A DNA stretch of 64,000 nucleotides from a bacterium (GTDB lineage Bacteria > Patescibacteriota > Minisyncoccia > Portnoybacterales > GWB1-42-6), in assembly GCA_043800535.1 (NCBI GenBank), contig JAZDMV010000008.1, positions 9,251-73,250 of the forward strand. Direction: 5' to 3'. The notes under the pieces were generated by a model. The model was not told where the DNA came from and ran no database searches. It saw only the letters and a program-made list of their open reading frames with translations. The translations under genes and the position numbers were made by a program. Of this stretch, positions 27,957 through 38,041 are shown in pieces. How positions within the stretch are numbered: the stretch's first letter is position 1; every line of letters starts with the position of its first letter.

Positions 27957-29186
27957 TTACAAATAATTCATCGGATTAACCGAGCCGCCGAGCGGCAAGA
28001 GACCATACCATTTGCTTTCAACTGAAAAAGTATTTGTGGCGTAAACCGTAAAATGCAGATGCGGGCCGGTGGAAAATCCCGTGTTGCCCGAATAGCCGAT
28101 GGTCTGACCGCGCGTCACCTTCTGGCCAACCGATACCGCGTAGCCGGAAAAGTGGGCGTATAAGGTTATCAAGCCGTTCTGGTGGTCAATGGCAATCCAC
28201 TTGCCATATGCGTATTTTCCGTTGTCCCCCATTGCCTTGACAACGCCGCTATCCGCGGCCTTGACAGGCGTTCCGGATTTTACCGCAAAATCAACGCCGT
28301 TGTGAAAACTGTAGGCGCTATTTATAAAACCGGTCTGGGAAGTCGCGCCGTAACCTTGGCTGATGCTGCCGGATACCGGCCAAAGCAGGAGCCCCGAATG
28401 AGAACCGGGCAGGGAGTTTGGATTGACAAGCAGGCGGAGTTTTTCTTCAAGCGCGAATATCTCTTTCTCGATCGCTTCCTGTTTTTTCTCAAGGTCGGTT
28501 TTTATCTGCTGGTATTTTTTTTCCTGATTTTTTGTTTCGGTGAGCAGATTCGTTTTTTTGTCTTTCTGGCTGTCCAGCGCCAGGTTTTTGCCGGAGAGCT
28601 GGTCGCGCAGGTCTTCCAGTGAATCTTTTTGCGCCTGCCAGTCGCTCTTTTCGCCTTCAAGCTGTCCTTTCAGCGCTTTTATTTCATCAAGCTTTTCTTT
28701 GAGGCCCTGCTGGAGATTATCTGTAAATTGCACCTGATTTAAAATTGCTGAAAAATTGGCGCTGGCCATGACCATATGCAGAGGCGTGGTTTGGTCGTAT
28801 TCGTTGATTAATCTTATTGTTTCGGCCAGATTGGTTTTTTGTTTCTGGATTTGGGCTTCCTGGACAGTGATATCGGCGGAAAGACCCTGGATTTTTAAAG
28901 TGGTGGCGGAAATTTTGGTTTTAGTGAGCTTAATTTCTGCTTCCAGCTGCTTTATCTGGGTTTCCATACTCTTTATTTGTTTTGAGAGCGAGCTTTCCAG
29001 CGATTTTTGGTTTTTTATTTCTTCGTTATAGGCAGCTATTTGTTTTTCAAGCTCCTGGATCTGGGCTTGCTTATCCTGGATCTGTCGTTGAAGCTCTTCC
29101 TGGGTTTCGGCCAATGCTAAGACAGGCGCACCAACAAGCACCGTCAGAACGATAAACGTGATAATCCGTAAGAATCCTTTTTGCAT
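27957..29186 (-). CDS. M23 family murein endopeptidase with N-terminal coiled-coil region
   Basis: Signal/TM, long coiled coil, C-terminal HNGVDFA...DHQNGLITLYAHF...GPHLHF LytM motifs. Confidence 0.85.
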   Translation of the reverse strand: MQKGFLRIITFIVLTVLVGAPVLALAETQEELQRQIQDKQAQIQELEKQIAAYNEEIKNQKSLESSLSKQIKSMETQIKQLEAEIKLTKTKISATTLKIQGLSADITVQEAQIQKQKTNLAETIRLINEYDQTTPLHMVMASANFSAILNQVQFTDNLQQGLKEKLDEIKALKGQLEGEKSDWQAQKDSLEDLRDQLSGKNLALDSQKDKKTNLLTETKNQEKKYQQIKTDLEKKQEAIEKEIFALEEKLRLLVNPNSLPGSHSGLLLWPVSGSISQGYGATSQTGFINSAYSFHNGVDFAVKSGTPVKAADSGVVKAMGDNGKYAYGKWIAIDHQNGLITLYAHFSGYAVSVGQKVTRGQTIGYSGNTGFSTGPHLHFTVYATNTFSVESKWYGLLPLGGSVNPMNYL

Positions 29187-29191
29187 TATTT

Positions 29192-30736
29192 TTAAACTTT
29201 TTTTATCGCCTTATTAATCCTTGCCAGCGTCTTTTCTTTGCCCAGCGCCGCAGCGATCTCAAACGGCCCGGGCGATGCGGTTTGGCCTGATAAAGCCGCG
29301 CGCATAGGCCAAAGCATCAATCCCCTGTTTGGCAGTTTTTGGGCTTCGGGCATGATTACTTGTTCAAGATTTTCTTTTTTAAAATCTTTTTCGGAAATAT
29401 TTTGCAAAACTTCCTGAAGTTTTTTGAGAGCATTCAATGTTTGTTCGTCATCCGTGTCTTTCCAGCGCAGGAGTTCTTTTCCATATTCGGGCAGGACAAA
29501 GAAAAAAGCGACGCTCTCCCCTATCTCGGATAATGTCCTGGCGCGTTCTCTTTCAAGCGCCACGGCTTTTTTTATGAATTCAAAAGAAATTTTTTCTTTT
29601 GTGGCATTAATTTCGTAATCTTTGACGACGAATGGGCCTTTCATGGCGGCGATATCAAAATCGTGGTCAAAAATAGGCACAAGCAGGCCGTTTCCTGTCA
29701 AATACGGAATTAACATCTTCGCCAGCTTGTTTAGATCCAGCTGGCGCATGTAATATTGGTTGTACCAATTCAGTTTTTCCAGATTAAATACGGCGCCGGC
29801 TTTGTGGACTTTCTCAAGTGAAAAATCTTTTAGCAATTCTTCCATGGAATAAATTTCTTTTTCTAAGCCGGGATTCCAGCCCAAAAATGCCAGAAAATTT
29901 ATCATAGCTTGGGGCAGATACCCTTTTTCAATATAATTTTCAAGGGCCATGTCGCCTTTGCGTTTGCTCATTTTTGACTTGTCCTGGTTCAATAAAAGGG
30001 GCAGATGCGCCCAGCGAGGCGGCTCCCAGCCAAAATATTCGTAAAGCAAAATATGTTTTGGCGTTGAGGGCAGCCACTCTTCTGTACGCGTGACGTGGGA
30101 GATTTGCATCAAATGGTCGTCAACCACAACCGCCAAGTGATACGTCGGATAGCCGTCTGATTTTAAAAGCACCTGGTCGTCAAGTTCGTTTGTGTTATAT
30201 TTTACGTCCCCTCGCACTAGGTCATTGAATTCTATAACTCGGTTTTCGGGAATTTTCATGCGGATGACGTGCGGCTCATTGTTTTTAAGACGCGATTGAA
30301 TTTCGTCCGCGGACAAACCCAAACAGCGCCGGTCATATTTTGGCGCCTGTTTGGCGGCAGTCTGTTCTGCCCGCATTTGCTCAAGGGTTTCGGGCGTACA
30401 GAAGCAGTAATAAGCATGGCCGTCTTTGACCAATTGGTCAGCGTATTTTTTGTATAGTTCCAGCCGTTGCGACTGGACATAAGGCCCAAAAGGTCCGTCT
30501 ACGTCCGGGCCTTCATCATAATTAAGCCCGGCCCATTTTAAGCCGCTATAGATCGCTTCGGCCGCGCCTTCAACAAATCTTTCAATGTCAGTGTCTTCCA
30601 GGCGTAACACAAATTGCCCGCCTGCTTGTTTGGCAAGCAGATAAGAATACAGCGCGGTGCGCAAGCCGCCGATATGCAGATAACCGGTGGGGCTGGGGGC
30701 AAAGCGTGTGCGGATTGGAGAATTCGGTTTTTTCAT
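29192..30736 (-). CDS. gltX: Glutamyl-tRNA synthetase
   Basis: PSPTGYLHIGG (HIGH) and KMSKRKG (KMSKS) motifs. Confidence 0.95.
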   Translation of the reverse strand: MKKPNSPIRTRFAPSPTGYLHIGGLRTALYSYLLAKQAGGQFVLRLEDTDIERFVEGAAEAIYSGLKWAGLNYDEGPDVDGPFGPYVQSQRLELYKKYADQLVKDGHAYYCFCTPETLEQMRAEQTAAKQAPKYDRRCLGLSADEIQSRLKNNEPHVIRMKIPENRVIEFNDLVRGDVKYNTNELDDQVLLKSDGYPTYHLAVVVDDHLMQISHVTRTEEWLPSTPKHILLYEYFGWEPPRWAHLPLLLNQDKSKMSKRKGDMALENYIEKGYLPQAMINFLAFLGWNPGLEKEIYSMEELLKDFSLEKVHKAGAVFNLEKLNWYNQYYMRQLDLNKLAKMLIPYLTGNGLLVPIFDHDFDIAAMKGPFVVKDYEINATKEKISFEFIKKAVALERERARTLSEIGESVAFFFVLPEYGKELLRWKDTDDEQTLNALKKLQEVLQNISEKDFKKENLEQVIMPEAQKLPNRGLMLWPMRAALSGQTASPGPFEIAAALGKEKTLARINKAIKKV

Positions 30737-30744
30737 TATTGAGA

Positions 30745-31230
30745 TTATAAATAATTATTCGCGAGAAGAGTAAATGGATTTAAAATTCCGAATCCCTTCA
30801 GGTCATCTAAATTAAGTAAAAATGCAAGCGGTAATAAAATTAAAAAGCTTAATATTAAAAAATATTTATCGAATTTGTCTAATTTTCTAAATTTCAAAAA
30901 AGCAAATAGAATATAAATAAAGATTATTGCAGTAAAAACAAAAGCATAAATAGTAAAGGAATCTGGCGGGTTGATTGGAAAAGATTCTGCCCCGCCTTTA
31001 TTGATGAATTCAGACCAGTTAATGCCGTTTTGATAAATAAAATAACTGGAAACAAAAATATAAAATAAAAAAGAAAATAAATGTCCTAGGCCAATTATTT
31101 TTAAAATTCTATTATGCCCCCAATTAATCGGCCAGAGTTTGTTTTTGGACGGTTGTTCGGGCGCGGATTGCCCGCTCGGCTGACTAGATTGTGGCGGCTG
31201 GTTATAAAGATTGTATTGTTGGTTATCCAT
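30745..31230 (-). CDS. Hypothetical membrane protein with Q/P/S-rich N-terminus
   Basis: 161 aa, 3-4 TM; 8 nt upstream of gltX on the same strand. Confidence 0.5.
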   Translation of the reverse strand: MDNQQYNLYNQPPQSSQPSGQSAPEQPSKNKLWPINWGHNRILKIIGLGHLFSFLFYIFVSSYFIYQNGINWSEFINKGGAESFPINPPDSFTIYAFVFTAIIFIYILFAFLKFRKLDKFDKYFLILSFLILLPLAFLLNLDDLKGFGILNPFTLLANNYL

Positions 31231-31241
31231 ATTCTCTTTCT

Positions 31242-31309
31242 GTCATTCCGTGCCTGACACGGAATCCAGGTTTGTGGGCCTGGATTCCGGCTTTCGCCGG
31301 AATGACAAC
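31242..31309. repeat. Copy B of the modular AATGACA element (TIR TGTCATTCC...GGAATGACA)
   Basis: TGTCATTCCGTG-cctga-CACGGAATCCAGG-tttgtgg-GCCTGGATTCC-GGCtttcGCC-GGAATGACA; sits between murG and the next gene. Confidence 0.8.
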
Positions 31310-31316
31310 TTTAGTA

Positions 31317-32423
31317 TTATTTTTTCGCGATATTTAAAACTTCCTGCGCGATTTGTTTATCGGCGTCCGGCCTAGCAAAGGCACGGGCGGCTTCTGCCAT
31401 TTTTTTGAGCAGTTCAGGATTATCAAGAAAGTGGAAAACGCGGTCTTTTAAAAAATTTGGCGTCAGATTTTCCTGGACGAGCGCCAACGTTGCTCCGGTC
31501 TTTGCATAGTCAAACGCATTAAGCTTCTGGTGGTCGTTGGCTGACTGCGGCAGAGGGATAAGAATGCTTGGTTTGCCCGCTGCGGCAATCTCAAAAATGC
31601 TGCCTGCGCCGGCGCGCGAAATGACAATGTCGGCGGCGGCCAGCGCCTGCTTCATTTGCTCTTCTGTCAGAAATGGAAAAAGATGATAGCCGGGCGGATT
31701 TGTAGAGCCGATAAGCATTTTAAGTTCGTCAAAATTTTCCTGGCCGCACTGATGAATTATTTCGCATTTTTGTATTAAAGAAGGCATTGCCAAAAAAATA
31801 ATTTCATTTATGGCTTTTGCGCCCTGGCTGCCGCCCAAAACAAGCACGAGCGGTTTTTGGCCGTCCAGGCCGAAAATAGTTTTTGCCTGTTCTTTTGAGC
31901 CGCCAAGCAATTCGGCGCGGATGGGATTGCCGGTCAGAGCCGTTTTTTTGGTCGGAAAATAAGCGGCCGTGCGCTCAAAAGAAATAGCGACGCGCTTGGA
32001 AAGTTTGGCAGTCAGGCGGACAGACAGGCCGGGAGTCGTGTCTGACTCATGAACCAGAACAGGAATGCGGTATATCCAGGCGGCTATAACGACGGGAACA
32101 GAGCCAAAACCGCCTTTTGAAAAAATGACATTGGGCATATATGAAAAAAGGATCCAGAGCGATTCAAAAAATCCGATGACAACACGAAAAGTATCAAGCA
32201 GGTTGTGGCCTGAAAAATAGCGGCGCAATTTGCCGGCAGAGATCAGATGTTTTTGGATCCCTTCATTTTGTAAAACATTATCGCCGACAGTTTCTGGGCC
32301 GACAAAAAGCATTTCCAGCGCCGAGCCGTCGGAAGACTGATAGGTTTTTTTAATTTCTCTTGCTACAGCGACAATCGGAAAGAGGTGTCCGCCCGTGCCG
32401 CCGCCGGTGAAAACGATTCTCAT
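31317..32423 (-). CDS. murG: UDP-N-acetylglucosamine--N-acetylmuramyl-(pentapeptide) pyrophosphoryl-undecaprenol N-acetylglucosamine transferase
   Basis: MRIVFTGGGTGGHLFP N-terminus; GT28 fold motifs. Confidence 0.9.
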   Translation of the reverse strand: MRIVFTGGGTGGHLFPIVAVAREIKKTYQSSDGSALEMLFVGPETVGDNVLQNEGIQKHLISAGKLRRYFSGHNLLDTFRVVIGFFESLWILFSYMPNVIFSKGGFGSVPVVIAAWIYRIPVLVHESDTTPGLSVRLTAKLSKRVAISFERTAAYFPTKKTALTGNPIRAELLGGSKEQAKTIFGLDGQKPLVLVLGGSQGAKAINEIIFLAMPSLIQKCEIIHQCGQENFDELKMLIGSTNPPGYHLFPFLTEEQMKQALAAADIVISRAGAGSIFEIAAAGKPSILIPLPQSANDHQKLNAFDYAKTGATLALVQENLTPNFLKDRVFHFLDNPELLKKMAEAARAFARPDADKQIAQEVLNIAKK

Positions 32424-32506
32424 TGGAAGATTTAAGAATTTAGATTTTAGATTTAAGAATTTTGTCCGTTGTTCTTAAATCATGAATCTTAAATCTTAAT
32501 TCTAGA

Positions 32507-33610
32507 TTATTTTATGGAGTGCTTTGATATATTCAGCAGTATTCCCACTGCCACTAATGATACCACAAGTGATGTGCCGCCGTAGGAAACAAAAGGCAGA
32601 GGTATGCCGGTCAAAGGAATAAGTCCGCTGATCGCCAGGATATTAATAAATGCCTGGATCACCAGAAGACTGGTCAGGCCGGCGGCCAAAAGGCGCGAAA
32701 ATTCATCAGGCGCGTGACGGGCTATCTTTAAGCCGTGCAAAGCCAAAGTGGCAAACAAGCTGATAAGGAAAATCATGCCAAGAAACCCGAGTTCCTCTCC
32801 GATAACCGCCGCGATAGAATCGCCTGCCGGCTGGGGCAGGTAAAGAAATTTTTGTTTTCCCTGGGCCAGACCCTGGCCGAATATGCCGCCCGAACCCAGG
32901 CCTATAGTTATCTGGTCCATCTGATAAGTTATGCTTTTGTCTGCCAGTTCCGGATGAAAAAGCACCTGAACCCTCTGCATGGCGTGCGGGAAAATTTTTA
33001 CAAGAGCGAACAGGGCGCCAAAGCCAAGCGGTGCCATTATAAACAAATGGCTGATGGGTGTTTGGGCGACAACGTACATGGCCAGAGCCGTTAAAGCGAA
33101 GACGCCCAAAGTTCCGATATCCGGTTCAAGACCGATCAGCACACCGACAGCCGCAAGAATTGCGAGAAAAGGAACAAGCCGTTTATGGCGCAGGGAGCGT
33201 TTGAGGTCACGTGACTTTTCAAGAAAGGCGGCCAGATAAACAACAAAAGCGATCTTAAAAACTTCGCTTGGCTGGAAATTGACTATACGCAGGTCAAGCC
33301 AGCGCTTGGCGCCACCCAGTTCCATGCTAAGGCCCGGCACGAAAACGAGGATAAGCAAAATTATGCCGATGACGAAAAAAGTTGATGCAAAGCGGCGCAG
33401 ATAGTGATAAGGGAGGTGGAAGAAAAAATATGCAAGGATCAGGCCTGGCAGGAGCCCTTTTAATAATTGGTTTTTTGCAAAATAAAACGACTGACCGAAT
33501 TTTTCCTGCGAAATAACACCACCGGCGCTGGTCACCATGAAAAGGCCAAAAATCACCAGAATTCCCGTTACGATTAGAATGACTAAGTTTGGCTTGCCGG
33601 CTTTGGGCAT
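32507..33610 (-). CDS. ftsW: SEDS-family peptidoglycan glycosyltransferase / lipid II flippase (FtsW/RodA)
   Basis: 10-TM SEDS protein, 367 aa, in dcw context between murD and murG. Confidence 0.85.
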   Translation of the reverse strand: MPKAGKPNLVILIVTGILVIFGLFMVTSAGGVISQEKFGQSFYFAKNQLLKGLLPGLILAYFFFHLPYHYLRRFASTFFVIGIILLILVFVPGLSMELGGAKRWLDLRIVNFQPSEVFKIAFVVYLAAFLEKSRDLKRSLRHKRLVPFLAILAAVGVLIGLEPDIGTLGVFALTALAMYVVAQTPISHLFIMAPLGFGALFALVKIFPHAMQRVQVLFHPELADKSITYQMDQITIGLGSGGIFGQGLAQGKQKFLYLPQPAGDSIAAVIGEELGFLGMIFLISLFATLALHGLKIARHAPDEFSRLLAAGLTSLLVIQAFINILAISGLIPLTGIPLPFVSYGGTSLVVSLVAVGILLNISKHSIK

Positions 33611-33686
33611 AATTTGCGTTTTAACTTGTAATTGCTCGCGGCTTGTCCCAGGTTTGCCATAGCTTGTCCCAGGTTTACCATATTAT

Positions 33687-33789
33687 CATGCCGGACTTGC
33701 TTGTCCTGCCGCAGCTTTAGCGGAGGCGGAATCCGGCATCCAGAATAAAAAGATGAACCTGGATTCCGGCTTTCGCCGGGGAATGACAA
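33687..33789. repeat. Copy C of the modular AATGACA element (long form)
   Basis: CATGCCGGA-CTTGCTTGTCCTGCCGCAGCTTTAGCGGAGGCGGA-ATCCGGCATCCAG ... CCTGGATTCCGGCTTTCGCCGGGGAATGACA in the ftsW-murD spacer. Confidence 0.8.
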
Positions 33790-33803
33790 CTGACTTTAGA
33801 TGT

Positions 33804-35300
33804 CTATAATTTATTCGCTGCATCATTAAATGCCTCGCCTCTTTCAAATTCGTGGCGAAACAGGCCAAAGCTGGCACAGCCGGGAGAAAGAAGCACAATA
33901 TCTCCTGCTTTGGCCAGGCGTTTGGCAGCATGAACAGCCGATGGCATATTACGGAATTTTTTTACGGTTAGTTTAGGCATTGCGGTTTTTGCGTGGCCTT
34001 TTTTGGCTGGAGGCAGAACTGGTTTTGCCGTCAGCAGCGCTTTCTTTATCGCGTCTTCAAGTTTTGGAGTTGCTGTTCCGTCAAGCAAAAACACGGCTTT
34101 GGCGCGGCCAGGCAGGATTTCTGCGAGCTGCGTAAAATCAAGATTTTTGTCAGCGCCGCCGGCGATGAGAATTAAGCGTCTGGTGTTAGCCGGCAAGTGA
34201 TCAGTCAGGGTGTTGATAGCGGCGATGGTCGCTTCGGGAATTGTAGAAGTGGTGTCATTAATGTATTTTACGCCGTTTATTTCTTTGATAAGTTCCTGGC
34301 GGCCCTGGAGTCCGCTGAATTCCTGAAGGACTTTTTTTATGGTGCGCGAAGGCACATTGAAAAGCTTGGCAACCGTTACTGCGGCAAGGGCATTACTTAG
34401 ATTGTGTTTGCCGGCCAGTTTAATATCGGAAACTTCAGCTATTTTTTCTTTGGAAGCGCCGAAAAACATGCTTTTATCGGCCAAATGCGCGCCGATTCTG
34501 ACCGCTTGATTTGTCTGTGGCATTTTTTCAAGTTCAGCCATGCTCTGGGCGTTTTGGGAAAAATAGTAAGTCCGCGATTTGGCTTCGCCGGCCAGAGGAT
34601 TTAACGTCTCGTCGTCAAAATTGAGCACTAAAAAGTCGCCCTTATTCTGGAATTTATAGATAACTTTTTTATCTTCCAGATAATCGTCCATGGAGGTGTA
34701 GCGGTTCTGGTGGTCTGGCATGATGTTTGTCATCACGGCAACCTGCGGGCTTTTTTGGTGTTTGTTAAGGCCGTTTAGCTGCCACGAAGAAAGCTCGAGC
34801 ACGACCAAAGTCGTCTTTTTAATTTGAGCGAGCTTTTCCAGAACCGACATGCGGATGTTTCCGGCCAGAACCGTATCGGGATGCTTGGGTTTCAGAAATT
34901 GATAGATGAGCGCGGCAGTTGTTGATTTACCGCGTGAACCGGTCACACCGATTATCGTCGCCTGACACAATTCAAAAAAAATCCCGATGTCGGTTTCAAT
35001 TGGTACACCATTGTCCCGGGCAATTTTTAAAAACTTTGAGTCGCTAGGCACGTCCGGATTTTTTATGACCAGGTCTGTATTCTTAAAATCTTCTTCGCGG
35101 TGCTGGCCAAGCATGTAGCGGATGCCGTTAAAATTGCGCAGAGCGTCAAGGGATTCTCTTAGCTCGCGGCGCGACCTCAAATCAGTGGCCAGAACTTTGG
35201 CCCCTGCCTGATAGAAAAAATTTATCACGCCGACTCCTCCGCCATGGAGCCCAATGCCCATGACAGTGACGCGTTTGCCTCTGAAGTCTTCTATTTTCAT
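33804..35300 (-). CDS. murD: UDP-N-acetylmuramoylalanine--D-glutamate ligase
   Basis: Rossmann N-terminus VTVMGIGLHGGG and Mur ligase P-loop GVTGSRGKSTT. Confidence 0.9.
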   Translation of the reverse strand: MKIEDFRGKRVTVMGIGLHGGGVGVINFFYQAGAKVLATDLRSRRELRESLDALRNFNGIRYMLGQHREEDFKNTDLVIKNPDVPSDSKFLKIARDNGVPIETDIGIFFELCQATIIGVTGSRGKSTTAALIYQFLKPKHPDTVLAGNIRMSVLEKLAQIKKTTLVVLELSSWQLNGLNKHQKSPQVAVMTNIMPDHQNRYTSMDDYLEDKKVIYKFQNKGDFLVLNFDDETLNPLAGEAKSRTYYFSQNAQSMAELEKMPQTNQAVRIGAHLADKSMFFGASKEKIAEVSDIKLAGKHNLSNALAAVTVAKLFNVPSRTIKKVLQEFSGLQGRQELIKEINGVKYINDTTSTIPEATIAAINTLTDHLPANTRRLILIAGGADKNLDFTQLAEILPGRAKAVFLLDGTATPKLEDAIKKALLTAKPVLPPAKKGHAKTAMPKLTVKKFRNMPSAVHAAKRLAKAGDIVLLSPGCASFGLFRHEFERGEAFNDAANKL

Positions 35301-35472
35301 ACTGGATAGTAGAAAGGCGACAGGTTAAAATTATTATGCTGTCGGGCAGCAGTCTAATTTTTACTACCCGGCATACAAAAACTCTCCTTTTCCTCCTGCG
35401 AAAAGGGTTTAATGATTTACTTATATTATATCAGCTTATTTCCTTTAATTCCACTTTGTCTTCCACAGATAA

Positions 35473-35510
35473 CAAAGCGCCCTGCACTTTTACAAAAGTG
35501 CAGGGCGCTT
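35473..35510. other. 17-bp perfect stem-loop upstream of murD
   Basis: AAGCGCCCTGCACTTTT-aca-AAAGTGCAGGGCGCTT. Confidence 0.6.
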
Positions 35511-35607
35511 GCCTTAATTCCCTTTTCTGAAACCTCGCAGGAGAGAGCCAAACGAGGTCTCGGAAAAGGGGCCGATGTAATTACCATCGGCCTTTGAGGA
35601 CTGACTG

Positions 35608-35760
35608 TTATCGCTGGCTGGCAATCGCCAAAAAGATACACAGTGTCAGTAGGGCTAGGCTTAGCATGTCTACGTGGATTAAATAACCCGTTACGCATAT
35701 AAGCACTAACCCGCCAAAATATCCAATCCTTCCAATTAGTTGGTCGAGCCATTTATCCAT
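35608..35760 (-). CDS. Small membrane protein (50 aa)
   Basis: Strong RBS GAAAGGAGAAAAAA before ATG at 35760; hairpin terminator GGCCGATG-gtaatta-CATCGGCC just downstream. Confidence 0.45.
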   Translation of the reverse strand: MDKWLDQLIGRIGYFGGLVLICVTGYLIHVDMLSLALLTLCIFLAIASQR

Positions 35761-35929
35761 TTTTTTCTCCTTTCTATCCCGCCGATTCAGGCGGATATTT
35801 GATTTTTTCAAAAGAACACTTCGACAAGCTCAGTGTAAACTCATCTCTTTATAGAGACAGGAATGAAAGGGAGATTGAAAAGCAAAATATTGCCTAACCT
35901 CCCCTCCATACCTGTCGCTACAAGATATT

Positions 35930-36002
35930 ATCGCTGGTTTGTTGCGCTGATCGCGGACTCCCGCGAGATTGCCACGTCGCTTCGCTCCTCACAATGACAG
36001 AC
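35930..36002. repeat. Second copy of the ..CTCCTC.CAATGACA hairpin repeat
   Basis: GATCGCGGACTCCCGCGAGATTGCCACGTCGCTTCGCTCCTCACAATGACAG; related to 21462-21556. Confidence 0.6.
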
Positions 36003-36301
36003 ATTTTATATTTCAAGCAAAAAGCGGCTCCTTTGAGAGAGTCGCTTTTTGCTTGGTCCCACGGCCTAGACGAATCCGGGCTTGGGACTATCCGTTTATA
36101 CGTATAATCAGATAGTAAGTAAAAACGTTTATCCTCACACCTTCAGAATGCCTTGCAAGGTGTGGGGATTTATTTAAGCAGTTTCCCGCCTAAATCTCTC
36201 TCTAAACGCGGTTTAATTTAAATTTGAAAAAACACTAACTTTTCTTTATACCTCTATTATAGCATATCTGGAACTACCTGTCAATGGTTGACTATTTTCT
36301 G

Positions 36302-36393
36302 TAATTCCCGTGCCGCGCCCTTCCGAAGCTTTGAGCAAAGGAGGGAAAACGGGAATCCAGAATCTGGATTCCGGGTCAAGCCCGGAATGACAC
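36302..36393. repeat. Copy D of the modular AATGACA element (long form)
   Basis: AATTCCCGTG...GAAGCTTTGAGCAAAGGAGGGAAAACGGGAATCCAGAATCTGGATTCCGGGTCAAGCCCGGAATGACACA. Confidence 0.8.
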
Positions 36394-36950
36394 AATATTT
36401 TTTGCCCTTCCTCCCCAAATTTCATGAGCCATTCATAAAATCTCGGGTGGAAGGGGCAGGCGTATTTCTAATTTTTACCTGCCCCTTTTTTTTGAAATCT
36501 CTAAGGTACTCATTCGGGGCACAGCCGCCTCTGCCTCACGTGTGTTGGTTTTTTATTTTCGTCTGGACCATGCCCGTGATACAAACCAGACGACCTCATC
36601 CTTGCCATTTAACGGACGTTTTTCGATACGTCCGGGGTGAATGGTCTCAGCTTGCGCTCGAACTTTTGTTCATCGTGAGCTTGCATGCTGGCCAGACACC
36701 TGGATGGATTTCGCTTTTACGCGGAAGGATTTCCCATGCCTTTGGGTTATCCGCAACCTCCTAAGAGGAAAATGTGGCGGGTCTTGCCTAGGGACCCATT
36801 CGTCAATCTTTATCTAATGACTCTCACCTCCCTCTCCTGAAGCGGCGCGAGCTTTGTCGGCCGCTGGCTGAAATTTCCCGATTTCCTACTATATCATAAA
36901 TAAAAAACCTTGTCAAGAGTTGGCAAGGGTTTAGTCGTAACGATGAATTT

Positions 36951-36993
36951 AACTCACCCCACCCCTCTCTTTAAAAAAGAGAGGGAGTTTTTT
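36951..36993. repeat. AACTCACCCCACCCCTCTCTT...AAGAGAGGGAG hairpin repeat, copy 1 (terminator-like)
   Basis: Near-identical to 57711-57747; lies after the mraY stop. Confidence 0.7.
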
Positions 36994-38041
36994 AAATTAC
37001 TTTATCCAGAAACGCAAGGATTAGGCCGACGGCCGCGGTCATGCCGGAAATTATCCAGAAACGCATAGTGACTTTTGTTTCGGGCCAGCCCTTGCCTTCA
37101 AAATGGTGGTGTATCGGCGTTGATAAAAATATCTTTTTGCCGCCTCGCAATTTTTTTGAAATCGTCTGAATGATGACAGAAAGCGATTCTATCATCGGAA
37201 TAAAAGCAATGAGCGGCAGAAGCAGAAATTGGTTTGTTAGCATGGCGATTATGCCAAGCGTGATGCCGAGAGCCACTGCGCCAGTGTCACCCATAAAAAA
37301 ACGGGCCGGGTGGATATTGAACCATAAAAATGCCAGTAGCGCGCCGATAATGACGGCGCAAAAAGCCGTCAGATCATACCGGCCGAGCGAATATGCTATA
37401 GCGCCATAAGCGCCAAAAGCAGCCAGAAGCGTGCCGCCAGCCAGGCCATCAAGGCCGTCGGTTTCGTTAACAGAAAAAGCGGTGGCAACAAGAATGAAAA
37501 TAAAAACGGGGATATACCAGAGTCCAATATTAAAATCACCGACAAAAGGAATATGCACAATGCTCCATTCAAGTTTTGAAAAGAACCACCACGCGCCCAC
37601 CGCGGCTATAGCAGTGTAGACTAAAATTCGGTGGCGCATGCGTAATCCCCCGCCCTTTGGGCCGATGCGAAAGACCCCCAGCAGGTCATCGATTAAACCG
37701 ACCAGAGCCGAGGCGACGAGAGCCCCTAAAGGAAGCAAGGTCTCCGCACGGTTAAAAAAATTCATTCTGCCGATAAAAGAATCAATGCCCAGTTTTGGCA
37801 GAAGCCAGAAAATAAAGATCAAAAGCACGACCGTGAACCAGATCAGAATTCCGCCCATTGTTGGAGTCCCCTCTTTTTTTGCGTGCATGGAAGCAAAAAC
37901 CGGCACGCCTTCTGTGCGGATCTGTTTGCCGAGGCGGTATTTATATAAAAAATGGGTTAAGGCCGGCGTCAGAAAAAAAGCCACCAAAAACGCCAGAGCG
38001 CTTAAGGTTAAAATGCGGGAGATTTGGAAGATGTCGGTCAT
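36992..38041 (-). CDS. mraY: Phospho-N-acetylmuramoyl-pentapeptide transferase
   Basis: 10-TM protein with conserved MraY cytoplasmic loops (DDxxG, HHHFE). Confidence 0.9.
   Translation of the reverse strand: MTDIFQISRILTLSALAFLVAFFLTPALTHFLYKYRLGKQIRTEGVPVFASMHAKKEGTPTMGGILIWFTVVLLIFIFWLLPKLGIDSFIGRMNFFNRAETLLPLGALVASALVGLIDDLLGVFRIGPKGGGLRMRHRILVYTAIAAVGAWWFFSKLEWSIVHIPFVGDFNIGLWYIPVFIFILVATAFSVNETDGLDGLAGGTLLAAFGAYGAIAYSLGRYDLTAFCAVIIGALLAFLWFNIHPARFFMGDTGAVALGITLGIIAMLTNQFLLLPLIAFIPMIESLSVIIQTISKKLRGGKKIFLSTPIHHHFEGKGWPETKVTMRFWIISGMTAAVGLILAFLDKVI

Noticed and set aside
33583-33931. Two short minus-strand ORFs spanning the ftsW-murD spacer
   Set aside because: They translate repeat element copy C and overlap the genuine murD C-terminus. 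No independent support.
36288-36764. 158-aa ORF on the + strand in the mraY-murD gap
   Set aside because: It is built across a repeat copy and several hairpin/terminator structures, has no RBS, and its sequence (FRVKPGMTQYF...) is low-complexity translation of repeat DNA. Treated as spurious.
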